Assembly (NCBI RefSeq): GCF_001447785.1
Contig: NW_015162031.1
Coordinates: forward strand, 66,075-130,074
Direction: 5' to 3'
DNA: 64,000 nt
Source: Gekko japonicus
Taxonomy: Eukaryota
Shown one piece after another: positions 48,048 through 60,491 of the stretch; positions within the stretch are counted from its first letter, which is position 1, and each line of letters opens with the position of its first letter. Made by a program: the position numbers and the translations under genes. A model generated the notes under the pieces. That model saw nothing but the letters and a program-made list of their open reading frames with translations, did no database searches and was not told the origin of the DNA.

Positions 48048-48709
48048 TTATTTATCTTTCTACTTACTACCCCGCTTGAACCCCCCAAGGGGTCTCTGAG
48101 TGGCTACAGTTAATCAATCATCCCTAACCTATGGCCACAAGTACTGGGGTGGGGACAACCCTACCGGCACCCAGTGGAGGGACTGGTTGTTCTTTTCTTC
48201 CCGGGTCGGCATGTCGGCTTGTCGGCTTGGCTTCTGATTCCTCCCCTTCTGGTGGTCTTTTTCGGCTGCGGCTCAGCAGGGTCCTTCCGTCATGTGGCAC
48301 GCTCCGGAGCAGCTCGGCTCAGTCCTCCAGGCTCTGCCACGCCTGCACCTTTCGCGCTCCCCGCATCTTCCTGGCTCCGCCTTCCGCCACCGTCTGTTCC
48401 ACCGGAGATGTTATGCCTGGTCGCCATCTTTCGCCACTCGCCGCTTGCTGTTTCGCCGTTCGCTGTTCACTGCTTATCCGATGCTCCAACGACCCCCTCA
48501 ATGGGGGAGGGTGCCCCCTACCATCTAAGGTAGATACCCATTTATCTACTCGCGCATTGATGTTAATTATCGCTTTCGAACCGCTGGGTTGGCAGGAGCT
48601 GGGACTCGAGCCAGGTGCTCACCCTGGCCTCAGCGGGTTTCGAACAGCTGTAACAGCTGTTCATAGATGTTACTAGCAGGCGTTTAGCCGCCTGTGCCAC
48701 CGCTCCCTG
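48012..48709 (-). mobile_element. Long SINE-like retroposon: Sauria-like tRNA head, GC-rich body, L2-like tail with (TAAA)n
   Basis: Minus strand reads GGGAGCGGTGGCACAGGCGG (A box), GTTCGAAACCC (B box), CTCCTGCCAACCCAGCGGTTCGAAAGC...GCGAGTAGATAAATGGGTA, then the tail TGTAGCCACTCAGAGACC. Confidence 0.65.
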
Positions 48710-50117
48710 AACTCTGGTTCGCAAACCTCAAGCAGACCAAAATTCATTATGAACTTCATTTTGTCAGCCTGCTCATGCCCATCTCCACTTGACACCACGG
48801 TATGTGACAGACTGTCTTCTTCAAGTTCCCCCCCCCCCATTCATATACACCTTCTTGGCTCACCCTGGCCTATGTAATTTATCAGGTGAATTAAGTAATC
48901 ACAGAAAAAAATCTGATGTACTAATAGGTGTGGATTTTTCTCTTGTGACTTTGATCTTATTTAATGTAATCAGACACAGATATGTTGTATTAGTTATCAA
49001 GTTATGCTTATTATGAAAACAGAAGAAATAATATAGCAAAGGGGGAAAGGTTTCAGCCTCAGCTCGCAATTAAGTGAGCTGAACTCTTGGGAGTAAGTTG
49101 TCAGGTGCAGAATATAAATGGATCTCTTTCTCATTGATACAGCCCTTTTGCTTTGGGTTAGACAGAAATTGGGAATGTACATTGTAGCAAGTCCCACAAC
49201 TAGATGTAAGGAATTACACTGTTGAAAGAATATATTTATTTTAGAAGCTAGAGAAGAAATTGAAGCTGATGTTATCAAGGTTCTTATACATTTTCTCATT
49301 GTACCATGTACCATATAGCTGATGTTTTCCCCTCTGTATCACAGCCTCCAGAACTCTCTTTGAGCCTGAGTTTTGTGTTTATAATACATGATATCCATCA
49401 ATCTGACCATATGAGCATACGGAATGAAAACACAATATTTGCAAACTCAGTTACAACCTCGGCAGAAATTGGAACAAGAGATCCCAGGATGAAAAGAAGA
49501 GGAAGTACTTGGAATACTGCTTCTACCAGGGTATTCAATCATTTATGATCCTGGACAATCAGTATGTTTGTTTGTACCAAATTATTGTAGAAAACTGATA
49601 GTTACTCCTTCCCATCATCTATTTCCTTTTATTTTACTATTTCAAAATGTTGCATTGAGCAAATACCCTAGTTAAAAATAAAACTTAAAGCAGAACCTTA
49701 AAGTATAGAATAAGTGTGGATCATGGCTCAAGAAAGTATCCACTACCTATTTTCCATGAACAATGCTGTATGCACAATGGCAATGCGTGCACAACCTGCA
49801 GACACATAGAGTCACTTTGTGAAGTTTGATATAGTTCCAGATCAAGTGGCTAGAATCTATAAGCATGGAACTTGTGCAAGTGTAGTTCACTGCCATTTAA
49901 TATGAGGAAGTTGTGTTTGAGCACTGCAGGTGAGAGACTGTTCTCTGGCTATTTTGTCCCTGATGAAAAATTTGCCATTTTCCCCACGCTCAATTCAATG
50001 CTGGGCTGTCTCTTAGACTGAGATGGTGAAACAGTCTAATTGTTAATTGGTATTATGAGAATAAAATGGTTTCTCTAATATATTCTACAGGCAGACTGCA
50101 GTTGGGATATTGAGGAC

Positions 50118-51063
50118 ATGATGCCCAACCTTACTTCCACACCTGAATTTCTGCTCCTGGAATTTTCAGACATCCGAGAACTACAGATCTTACATTTCTT
50201 TGTCTTCTTAGCAGTGTACTTGACTGCAGTGAGTATCTTCTCATCATCATTGCTGTAGCCCTTGATCATCACCTGCACACCCCCATGTACCTTTTTCTCA
50301 TAAACCTGGCACTTCTGGATCTTGGCTTGGTTTCCGTCTTGATGCCCAAAGCTATGGCCAATTCCTTCCTGAACACCAGGTCCATTTCTTATTCTGCATG
50401 TGTATCTCAGGTTTTCTTCCTCTTGATCCTTGAAGTTCAGATTTTGCTGTCTTAACAATAATGGCACACGATCGGTATGTTGCTATCTGCCGTCCATTGC
50501 AATATGAGACAATTATGCACAGAGAAGCCTGCATTCAGATGGTAGCCAGTGCATGGATTGCAGGCATACTCAATGGTATATTACACTGTGGAGGAACTTT
50601 TGCCATCACCTTCTGCTCCAACAAGATCAATCAGTTCTTCTGTGAAATTCCACAGATTCTAAAACTCTCCTGTTCTGACATGTATCTAGTTGAAGTTGGT
50701 CTTATTGTGTTTGGCTGTTTCCTTGTACTAGGATGCTGCATCTTCATCATCGTCTCCTACATGCAGATTTTTGCAGCAGTGCTCAGAATCCCTTCCATTC
50801 ATGGTCAGAAAAAGGCCCTCTCTACTTGCCTTCCTCACCTCACTGTCGTTTCTTTGCTTGTATTGACTGGCATCTTCGGCTATGTGATGCCTCGCAGTCA
50901 GGCTTCATCTGACCAGAATGTTCTTTTTGCAATAATTTATGCTGTTCTCCCTCCCTTGCTCAATCCATTCATCTACAGCATGAGAAACAAAGAAATCAAG
51001 ACTGCATTGTTGAAGCTCTCTGACTTGAGGCACTTTTCAAAACTAATTGCAGCTTTTCTGTGA
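50118..51063 (+). pseudogene. OR pseudogene, full length, with two frameshifts
   Basis: MMPNLTSTPEFLLL from 50118, with frame changes at ~50235 (GN motif lost) and ~50435. MAHDRYVAIC...PLLNPFIYS is intact downstream. Acceptor at 50089-50090. Confidence 0.92.
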
Positions 51064-51145
51064 AAGTGAGGTTCAAGAATCTTGTGCTGAAAAAATGTTA
51101 ACCTCAGATATCATATACTAGAAAGATTATGTTGACTTTTTTTAA

Positions 51146-51590
51146 AAAATTTTTTTATTAATTTTCAAATATTTAACAAACAATACATAATAACATTTAT
51201 AACAAATACCAAAGCCGTAGCTCGTAGATCTTATACATAAATCCAAAATATTTGTTTTAACTAGTAGGACATTATTTTCTCATAGTTTTGTGGAAGTATA
51301 TAATCAAGTTTTGATGTGAAGTTACATAATCAAAAAATGTAAACCACATTTCTATAAAATTATTATGTCTTAGCATTCCCTGAGCCACTTTTAATTGAGT
51401 AGCAACTTTATCTGCTATTATTACATCCCGCAGTTTTACATACCACTGAGATACATCTGGAACTCTGTGTGTATTCCATTTCTGTGCCAAAATAGATTTT
51501 GCTGCATAAAGCATTAAAACCAAAGCTTCTGTTTGTTGTTTAGTTAGTTTTAAGGTAGGCCAATAGTTTAATAACACAGATTCATATAAA
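51146..51590 (-). mobile_element. L1-like LINE 3' fragment
   Basis: AAKSILAQKW...W...WFTFFDY C-terminus with a poly(A) tail. Confidence 0.75.
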
Positions 51591-51832
51591 AAAATGAGTT
51601 TAAATCACTTCAGAAGCTGCTGACAGAGTCAAGGGCCAGTTCCGTGTTTTGATGGGCCTTGGGCGAAGAGTGCTCAAGGGCCCACCTCTCCTCCTATGTC
51701 CATCATCATGATCTCTGCCCCCTCCAACATACCATCCACCTCCCCATGCATCCTTTGCCTACTTGCTCCAGACCACTCCCACAGCCACCTGCATGCCTTT
51801 TCCTCAAGGGCACCATGACATGTGTGTCCTGA

Positions 51833-53440
51833 TTAGGGTTGCCAGGTTCCAGTTGCGAAATTCCTGGATATTTTGTGTCTAAGGAAGCAAGTCTTAGGAA
51901 GCCAGAGTTTAGGGAGGGGAGAGGCCTTACTTGAACAGAATGCCATAAAACCCACCCTCCAAAGCAGTTATTTTCTCCAGGGGGGGAAGAGATCTGTTGT
52001 CTGGAGTTCAGTTGTGATAGCCGGTGATCTTCAGGCTCCACCTGGAGGTTGACTACCCTAGGCATAGCAGTTAGCGCTTCAGAGCAGGGTCTGCCAGACC
52101 CAGGTTCTTGCTGTGGAAGCTGTGATTTCACAGACTTTCACTGTAACCCCCAGTCACTACCAGCTTGGCCACTTTCTTGGATGAATAAATTATGAAAACG
52201 GCTCTCTCCTGCTTGGCTCCACCATGACTGGCTGGCTACTGAGGTAGGCCAGTGGCTGTCAAACCATTCGTTTCAAACCCCTGCTGTGCAACGGACTTTC
52301 CCCTAGGATTGCCAATTTCCAGGTGGGACCTGGAGATCTCCCGCTGTTACAATTGATCTCCAGATGACAGAGATCAGTTCCCCTGGAGAAAATGGCTGCT
52401 TTGGAGGGTAGACCCTATGGCATCACTACTGTTCCATCATAACCTGGCCCTGGAAGAGAGAACATCAGTGTTTCCCGAAACAGATGACGCTGAGTTGGCA
52501 GAGCAGTTGCAATACACCATCTTGTGGAAGATCATGCTAGAACATACAGAGCACTTTTGTTAATAATAATGTTATTGTACTGTAGAGATTTTAAATGGTT
52601 TTTAATATGTTTTATATTTATTACTGGCTTATGCCTGATTGTAAGCCGCCCTGTGCCCGCGTAGCGGGGAGGGCGGGGTATAAATTGAATCTATAAATAA
52701 ATTAAATTAAAATATACCCTGCTGAGTCCTTCCCCTCCCCAAACACTGCCTTTCACAGGATCTGCCCCCCAAATCTCCAGGTATTTCCCTACTCAGAGCT
52801 GGCAACCCTACTTTCCCCTCAGTGCTTGTTGCTAGGCAACCAAACTTGGGTCTGTCAGTAAAAGGTGTGGGGGGGAGACCCTTTCTAAGCCTATTTTGGT
52901 CTTTGGGAGAAAACTCATTGAAGCCAGTCCTAACTAGCATTGACAGCTTCAGGTGGGGAAATTCTTGGACATTTTATGATAGAGTCTAAGGAAGCTAGGG
53001 TTTGAGGAGGGGAGAGGCAGCTGAACAGAATGCCATAGAGCCCACACTCCAAAGCAGTTATTTTCTTGGGGGGGGGGGAGAGAGAACTCTTATCTGGAGT
53101 TCAGTTGTGATACCTGGCGATCCCTAGGCAAAGCAATCAGTGCTTCAGAGCAGGCTCTTGCTGTGGAAGCTGAGTGGGTAATTTTGGACCAGTAACAGAC
53201 TTTCAGCCTAACCTACCTCACAGGGTTGTTGTGCAAGTCAAAAGGGGGAGAGGAGAACGATATAAGCTGCTTTGGTCTCCATTGCAGAGAAAAACTGTAC
53301 TTTTCCTCCTTGGGAACTATTGTTGCCAATTTCCAGGTGAGAGCTGGAGATCACTCAGAATTACAACTGATCTCCGGATGGCAGAGATCAGTTCCCCTGG
53401 AGAAAATGTTGGACTCTGTGTCATTATACCCTGCTGAGGT
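51833..53440. mobile_element. Cluster of TAGGGTTGCCA-type MITE copies in both orientations
   Basis: Repeated core GAGATCAGTTCCCCTGGAGAAAAT or its reverse complement at ~51970, 52370, 53060 and 53385. Confidence 0.7.
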
Positions 53441-53569
53441 CACCACAGCAAATTGACGCTGAGTGCCCAAGGAAGGGGCACTCTCCCAGAGCCTCTTTCT
53501 AGAGCTCATTGCATTTATTTCCACAACGGGCCTTATTCCTAGTTTCTTATAATAACCCAAGTTATTCCA

Positions 53570-53990
53570 TGCCAAGAACCTGCAATGAGAGTTTATTCAT
53601 CAATTCACTTCTCTTACCTCAGCTCCAGTCCTGTTCCACAAGAAGTATGTGAAATTCTGGCTATACAATTACTATCATATCTTGAATAAGATCACCTTCT
53701 GTGACAGATACCCCCTCTCTTGGTTCCTGAACTGCTGAAGTGACTCCCTGGTGTCACAATTTACACTGAGCTGGATCTTCAAGGATCCTAGAACTAGGTC
53801 TGCATCCATCATGGCAATGAGTGGAAAGCCCCATTTTGCACCCAGTATCTCCAGCATGAATACCTGGTGATGCCATTTGGCCTCTTTAGTTTTCCCACCA
53901 TGTTCCAACAGCAAATGCCAGTCTTCCATGACCTGCTATATTTATGCATCACCATCGACCCTGACAACATTCAGGAAACATTTTATTCCA
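53570..53990 (+). mobile_element. Highly decayed Ty3/Gypsy RT fragment
   Basis: With frameshifts it reads SAPVLF..KK, LNKIT..DRYPL, PELL, IYTELDLQG, GNEWKAPF, EYLVMPFGL...FQ. Confidence 0.8.
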
Positions 53991-54047
53991 AGAAAATTGA
54001 AAAAACAAGCCATTCATTGGAAGGGTTTACAACCCCACTCTCATAGA

Positions 54048-54130
54048 ACAGCTTGGTGTAGTGGTTAAGAGTGGTGGGCTCTAATCTGGAGAACAGGTTT
54101 GATTTCCCAGTCCCCCACATGAAGCCTCCT
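54048..54130 (+). mobile_element. SINE tRNA-like head fragment
   Basis: A box TGGTGTAGTGG and B-box-like GGTTTGATTTCC; same family as 37845-38126. Confidence 0.65.
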
Positions 54131-54522
54131 GGGAGAAACACATAAACATATTAACAAAAGTTGGCTTTAGTTTTGTATAGAATTTAAAGTATGGAACAGA
54201 CATGTGAGGAAAATATTAATTAACACATGCTGCTAGCATGGTCTTTTTCTTTCATTTTTGCTTGCACAAGAGCTCCAGCACAAGTGGAAATTTTTTGTGG
54301 GTTCTAACCCAAATCTTTTCAAAAATAATTTTAAAAATTAAGAAAATATAAGCCTGTGAGGGAACCTAGTTGCATATCCCTCACATTGCAACTAGATTGG
54401 TCCTTAATCCTATTTTTTAAAATAAAAATAGAAATTCTTGAAATAAAAATTAGTTTCCATGGGAAGTATCTTTAATTATATTAGGGAAGAATTAACTGTG
54501 GCAAGACGTAAGGGCCCCTGAC

Positions 54523-54728
54523 CAATGTTCCCTCTAAGCTGTAGAGTCCTGTGAGCAAAAATTCTACTTTGTGAGCTACTAGCATTAAAGTTGTGAGCAG
54601 GTGATTTGGCTACTGCATAAATTAGTGTGTTCTGGAGCCCTCCTTCCTGAGCCGAGACAAAAATGTGTGAGCCAGAGGCTAAAAAACTGTGAGCTAGCTC
54701 ACACTAACTCAGCTTAGAGGGAACACTG
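54523..54728. mobile_element. hAT MITE (206 bp)
   Basis: 19-bp TIR CA(A/G)TGTTCCCTCTAAGCTG, 8-bp TSD CCCCTGAC (54515-54522 and 54729-54736). Confidence 0.93.
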
Positions 54729-54761
54729 CCCCTGACTTGCTTAGGGCATCTTTGCATCTAT

Positions 54762-55090
54762 GGCCCAATCTGCATCTAGTATTTGCTGCATTGTTGTACC
54801 AAACCCACACTGGAACAGAAAAAGATGCAGCTCAAAACCACATTCAAGTACCCCAGGTTAATGCTGTACTGACTGCAGAGTCACCCCTGGCCATAAAACA
54901 GCCATAAATCTATGCAGACAGCCACCATAAAACCAGAGATCTAAGGAAGTGAAAGCAGCATGCAGTCTGGATGCTGCTATAAAATTCGACAATCAATCAA
55001 AGTGAAAGTGGCATGCAATGTAGATGGAAATTTCTGTTCCAGTGTGGGTTTGGTAAGACAGCAGAGCAAATGCTAGATGCAGATTCAGCC
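54762..55090. mobile_element. MITE with ~60-bp TIRs
   Basis: AATCTGCATCTAG...CCAAACCCACACTGGAACAGAAA recurs inverted at ~55030-55087. The interior resembles 58810-58895. Confidence 0.75.
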
Positions 55091-55173
55091 TTCAGGGATA
55101 GAAGCAGGCCAGAAAAGGAGGTCTTCTTCCTCCTGCTGTAAGCCCGCAAGCCTGCTATGGTGTTTTTATAGAC

Positions 55174-56157
55174 TGTGTTATACTGTACCTGATGAAGTGT
55201 GCCAACGATGAACTGTGCCTGAAACTGACATGCTGAGAATGCCCAGTGAGAGTGCCTACAGAAGACAGTGGTCCTCCAATGGTTGCTACTCCAGAGGTGT
55301 CCCCGTGTCTAGTACATGCCATGGATCAACGCACGTGGTGGTCCCAGAAAGCACACAGCGCCATTTCAAACTAGCAAAATGCCATTTCAAAACAGCCACA
55401 TGGTCTCCTACCTGCAGGGCCCCCTCCCCCTCGCACCAACGAAGCTGCACGTACTCCCAACGACCCTGCATTCAGCCCTGGCCGCATGGGCATGAGTCAT
55501 CCATCTACATACGAATATCCCTAGCCCAGGTGTCTTGATTGAGTTAGCAACTAGATCTCAAATTGCCCTCCAGTTTCCTGGCCCACCCAGAGGAATACAG
55601 TAGCCAATCACTGACCTTTTGGCTATGACAGAACACTGTGTCATAGGGGAGGTCCCCTGAACCCAGCTCCTCCTCTGACCCCCTCTGATATAATCAAAAA
55701 CGCACCTCATGTTCGCTCTCTTATTATCCCCCATCGCACCCCATCTACGTCCTCTATAGAACCTGCTTTTCCTCTTAAATCCAGCTTGCTATCCAACATC
55801 CTACCCACCTCTCTTTACGCTCTAGAAGTGCACATCTAGAGCTCTCTTGGCACGTGGTCTTAGCTGGTCTGAGTCCATTTGCCATTCTTTTCCAATTTTC
55901 TTCACATCCTTATCCCTTCACTGGAAGTTTGGAGCCGCGCAGTTGCAGCTAGGTAATTATAACCCAGAGCATCAACCATCGTTTTCCTGCAAATTGCAAC
56001 TGTGCTGTATTATTCTATCTTGATTTCTTAGTTCTTGTGTGTTGGGATTGTTGTATGTTATTGTGTGAAGTGTATCAGTAAACTACAATTATTATTAAGG
56101 AAGACTGCCTCAGTCTCTCATTGGGAACCTCGGAAGCAGTGCCATCCTCCGTAAACA
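55174..56157 (+). mobile_element. Probable solo LTR (~984 bp)
   Basis: TGT...ACA termini, imperfect TSD TAGAC/TAGAT, CCAAT at ~55604, TATAA at ~55689, AGTAAA at ~56077. Confidence 0.55.
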
Positions 56158-56249
56158 TAGATGGTTGTTCCCGAAATTAATAAACTGTACCAATTGTTTC
56201 CATTTTGGAGCAATTTGGCTAACACTGCCACTGCAATTGCAAGGAGCCT

Positions 56250-56930
56250 CTTGATGGCAGCAAAGAATGTCCTGGGCAGGCCTGGCTGTAGCACCATCCA
56301 GCCCATCATTGGCTGCCTGGGTCAGCCTGGAGGGGCACGGATTGGGAGGATCTGAGGAATGAGGTCTTTCTTCCCCCTCCCCTGTACAGGCCAGTGCTGC
56401 TGCTGGGCCCAACTCAGTCAGCTCCAGCAACCTAGCTTTCCCTCTTTCAGTTACTGTCTGTAGTGTGAGTTATCCTCTTTTCTGTTGTGTTTTATGTTCT
56501 TGTCCCAGCTGTGGGCATTGGTCCAGATACATTTTTTGGGGAGGCCATACCTACATGCCCATCGCCTCCATTTGCGGAACCCCATTAAAGAGTCTTGGAG
56601 GGGGAGCCATGCAGTGTTATGCCCAGCTTGGGGACTGTCACCCTGCAGCACTCTCAGGTGGCAGGGGAACCATGCAGAGGCTTGTGCCTATGTGGGACCA
56701 CTAGACTTGCTACTCTGTATCCAACCCCAGCAAGTTGGCTAGAGAGTCATTCCACTGGTTGACAGGAAGTTCACCCAGGGCCTGGATCTAGGCCCTATGT
56801 CATGCCAATGCTCCAGTGGCTGAAATCAATAAAGCTGTGGCCTGTTTTGTCCCACCTTTGTATCAGTTTGGGTATGTTCCTCCACATCCCCCCCCTCACC
56901 TCCACCCCTGCCTTTAGGATCACAACTAAC
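56250..56930 (+). repeat. Degenerate repeat related to 1-745
   Basis: Shared motifs CTCAGGTGGCAGGGGA and AATAAAGCTGTGGCC. Confidence 0.35.
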
Positions 56931-58111
56931 ATTTTCTATATACTAGTGTGCTGAATTCCTGAGATCAAATCTCCAGAGAGAGAAAACCAATAGTAATGAT
57001 CTACATCACATGTATGTATTTGCAACTTAACTCCAAAACAACGAGGGATTCTGCTGCCCTCATTTGGACAGATTCCATTCACTTCAGCATTTATACAATC
57101 TGGTAGCATAGTTATCAAGCTCAGGGTATATAAGGAACTTTTACAGAAAAAAGTCCTGAGAGCAAAGACTTGTCACTTTCCTCTCCTTTTATTTTTTGGA
57201 AAGGAGTGATATGGGATATTACTACTAGATGAGCATACAGTAGGGAATGAATGCCTGCTTGTTTCTCTCCCCACACATATCTCTGGTGGGACTGTCAATC
57301 ATCAGATATTGGAATATGTGAACATATTAATACAGTTCAAGGATCCGGAAGTTTCAAGTGAATTCTAGTGAGCAGTATCCCCTGATTCTAAGGGTGCAGA
57401 GGTAAGAGTCTGTCTTTTATTTGGGCAGCATAATAATGTAACATTTTGGTGTATAGGTGTAAATTATGTATTAATGCTCTTATGTAGACTTTCTTCTTTT
57501 TATTGCTATGCTTTAACATTTTGAACTGGTTTCTGAATGACTGAAGTTTGGACTATAGTGAAGAAATTGGGCTAACAGCTCAATCAGCAAATATATTAAG
57601 CTGGTTGATTGAGTTCTACCAACTGTTTCAGTGGTGAAAGAGGAAGGGAGAGCTCCTTTTGACCACCCAGATGCTATGATAGGGAGTGTAGGACTCATAT
57701 GGACAATTGCTGTGTGATGCTGAAGATCCACTGAAGACAGGGATCGAGCTAGAGCAATCAAAATAACTAGTAGGATCCAATCCAATGAAATTAAATCAAG
57801 CCACTCTACTCTGCTCGAATCCAGGGAGGTAATGAACATACGTTCTTTTCCTGCCCCATCCTGAAAACTGCACTATTGCTTTCATCCTGCAAACAGCCAG
57901 TTTTGCTAATTTATTTTGCATGGAAAATAAATTACAAAAAGTACAATACAAGAGAAGAAAAACACACGAAACACATAATGGGAGAGACAAACAGTGGAAG
58001 AGACAAACAAGAAACTTTATTTCCCAAAATACAAACACAAGACCTGTCCTCCCATCAAGATTGTCAGAAGTTTTATACTATATATATATATACTACACAC
58101 ACACACACACA

Positions 58112-58625
58112 CAAGAAGGGGAACCCGCGATACTCATGGGGGACAGCTCCATGTGGAGAAGAAGGAAGCATCCGCAGGTGAGCCTTCTCCCTGCCCCCCA
58201 CACCAACGGTGAGGCCCCGTGCGGGCCCACCAAGCCTTCTCCCTCCTCCTCCCCCCTGGGACCGAGGCCTGAGCTCGGCCCGCCAAGCCTTCTCCTTCCT
58301 CCCCCCCCCCACGGCAGTGGTGGTGGCGAGACCTGAGTGGTTCACAGCTACCGGCCCACCAAACCTTCTCCCACCCCCTCCTGCCCCATAGGTGGTGGCG
58401 GCGGGACAGTTGCCGGGGCATTCTCTGTGCATGTGCAGGGAATGCTCAAGTACTTTTGGGAGGATTTAAATATCCTTTGTAAACTTTTTTCAACTTTTTA
58501 GATTTTTCTGCACATCTGGGGATTGCCCCAAATGTGCAGGAAAATCTCTTTGCCCCCTAGGTGCCTCTGATGTGTGGATTTAGATATCCGCATGCAGGTG
58601 GCACCTTGGCTATTAGATATATAGA
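58112..58625 (-). mobile_element. Probable non-autonomous Helitron
   Basis: Minus strand begins A|TCTATATATCTAATA and ends with a decayed hairpin (CCCATGAG..TCGCGGG) then CTTG|T. No TSD. Confidence 0.5.
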
Positions 58626-59319
58626 TATTTGGCGGAGTCAGACAGCAAAGCAGAGGTGTGCGATTTGGGAGAAGACAGGGTGAGCTGGCAGGGGGCAGAT
58701 AACCAGAAAAAAGGAGATGGTTTGAGGTGGTGGGGAATTCTAAGGACAGACAGAGGGCAATCCTGAGTCTAGCATTTGCTCCACATTTTCTCAACTAGGA
58801 GGAAAAAGTACAGCTCAAACCCGCATTCAGATACCTTGGGGGCAATGCAGTACTGACAGCAAAGTCACCCTTGAATGGCCATAAATCTATGCAGAAAGAA
58901 GGAGGAAAAAAGGGTGTGGGGGCACAAAGCATACTCTAACTGTCCTGTTGTGTGTTTGTGTGTGTGTGTTGTCCCTGTCATGATGAAAGATGGCTTAGAA
59001 GGGAAAGCTAACCTAGCAGTCTGTGGTGCTTTACTCCCCAGTGGGGACTGAAATCAGTTTGCATCATTTTCCACTCCTCCATTTTATCCTCACAATAATC
59101 CTGTGAGGTAGGTGTAGTGGAAAGTGTGTGACTGGTCCGAAGTCAACCAGTGACCTTCCAAAGCAGAATGGGGATCTGAGCCTGGATCTCTCATCTGACA
59201 TTCTAACCACTATACCGCACAGGCATGGATAGGTCAGAGAAGATCAGAATAACTGTCTAGTCTGATACATGTGACAGCCCACATTTCATTCATTTCATTT
59301 ATAGTCTGGCACACAGAGT

Positions 59320-59720
59320 GACAGTTAGAGTCCAGTAGCACCTTACAGACCATAGATTCAGGTAGGTAGCTGTGTTGGTCTGAAACAACAGAACAAAGTT
59401 TAACTCCAGTGGCACCTTTAAGACCAACAAACGTTTATTCAAGGTAAAACTTTCCTGTATATGAGGAAGTGTGCTTGCACATGAAAGCTTATACCTTGAA
59501 TAAAATGCTGTGGGTCTTAAAGGTGCCACTGGACTCAAAAAAACTTTGTTCTACCTTAGAGACCATCAAGGGTTTAAAGGTATAAGCTTTCAAAAGTCAA
59601 TGTTCCCAGGGAGCTTTAACATCAAAAGCTTATACCCTGAAACTCTTGTTGGTCTCTGAGGTGTACTGTACTTGAAACTTACTGTTCTACTGCAGAGCAA
59701 CACTGATACCCTCTGGAACT
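59320..59720. mobile_element. Nested Penelope-derived inverted-repeat elements
   Basis: The inner unit (59354-59552) has inverted arms around a decayed hammerhead-like core. It is flanked by a 14-bp TSD ACCTTA(C/G)AGACCAT inside a related outer unit. Confidence 0.7.
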
Positions 59721-59934
59721 ATCTACACAGAGTGAGTCTTGCACGTGCATGCCTACATCTGTCTGTGGCCAATGTGTATTCACTTTAAACATTAAACCAA
59801 GGGCAAGTATCTGGATGAATGTGGGGTTCAAATCACAGGTTCAGCTCTAAATTAATTGAACTTAACATGAGAATTACTCAACATACAGATCAAGAAAAAC
59901 CAAGTATATGCTGTAAGATTGTAAATGTATAAAT

Positions 59935-60357
59935 GGTTACCCCTGACCAAAAGGATGTCCACTTAGCCTCAACCAGGACCAAGGCTTTCTCTGCCCTGGC
60001 TCCGACCTGGTGGAATCAGCTCCCACTGGAGATCAGGGCCCTGCCAGGACCTTCTGTCATTCCACAGGGACTGTAAAATGGAGCTTTTCTGCCAGGCCAT
60101 CAGTTGAGGGGACGGGCATCTTTTTTAGATTGCCTCCCTGCCCTTGCTCCCAATCTGCTGAAAAGGCCCATTTGATCCCACCTGTTGCTCTAAGAGATAT
60201 GAAATTTTTGCTACCTGTATGCATTTTTATTGTTTATTGTTTTAACTGATTTTAATGTGACTTTATTGTAACTAGCTTTGGACTTGGCCTTTTGTGATAT
60301 GATCTGAGCCTGCTTTGGGGAGGGCCAAATATAAATCTCAAAAATAAATAAAATAAA
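59935..60357 (+). mobile_element. L2 LINE 3' fragment
   Basis: AFSALAPTWWNQLP, followed by an (AAATA)n tail. Confidence 0.7.
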
Positions 60358-60491
60358 GTTGTGAATAGGGCTAACCCCTCAGATCTATACTACTCTCAGC
60401 ACAATTTAATATTTATTCTTAAGACACAATTGTAATATTTCCCTTCTGTTTCCTTCCAGAAGTGGCATTCATTTTTTGAATGTGCTAAAAA

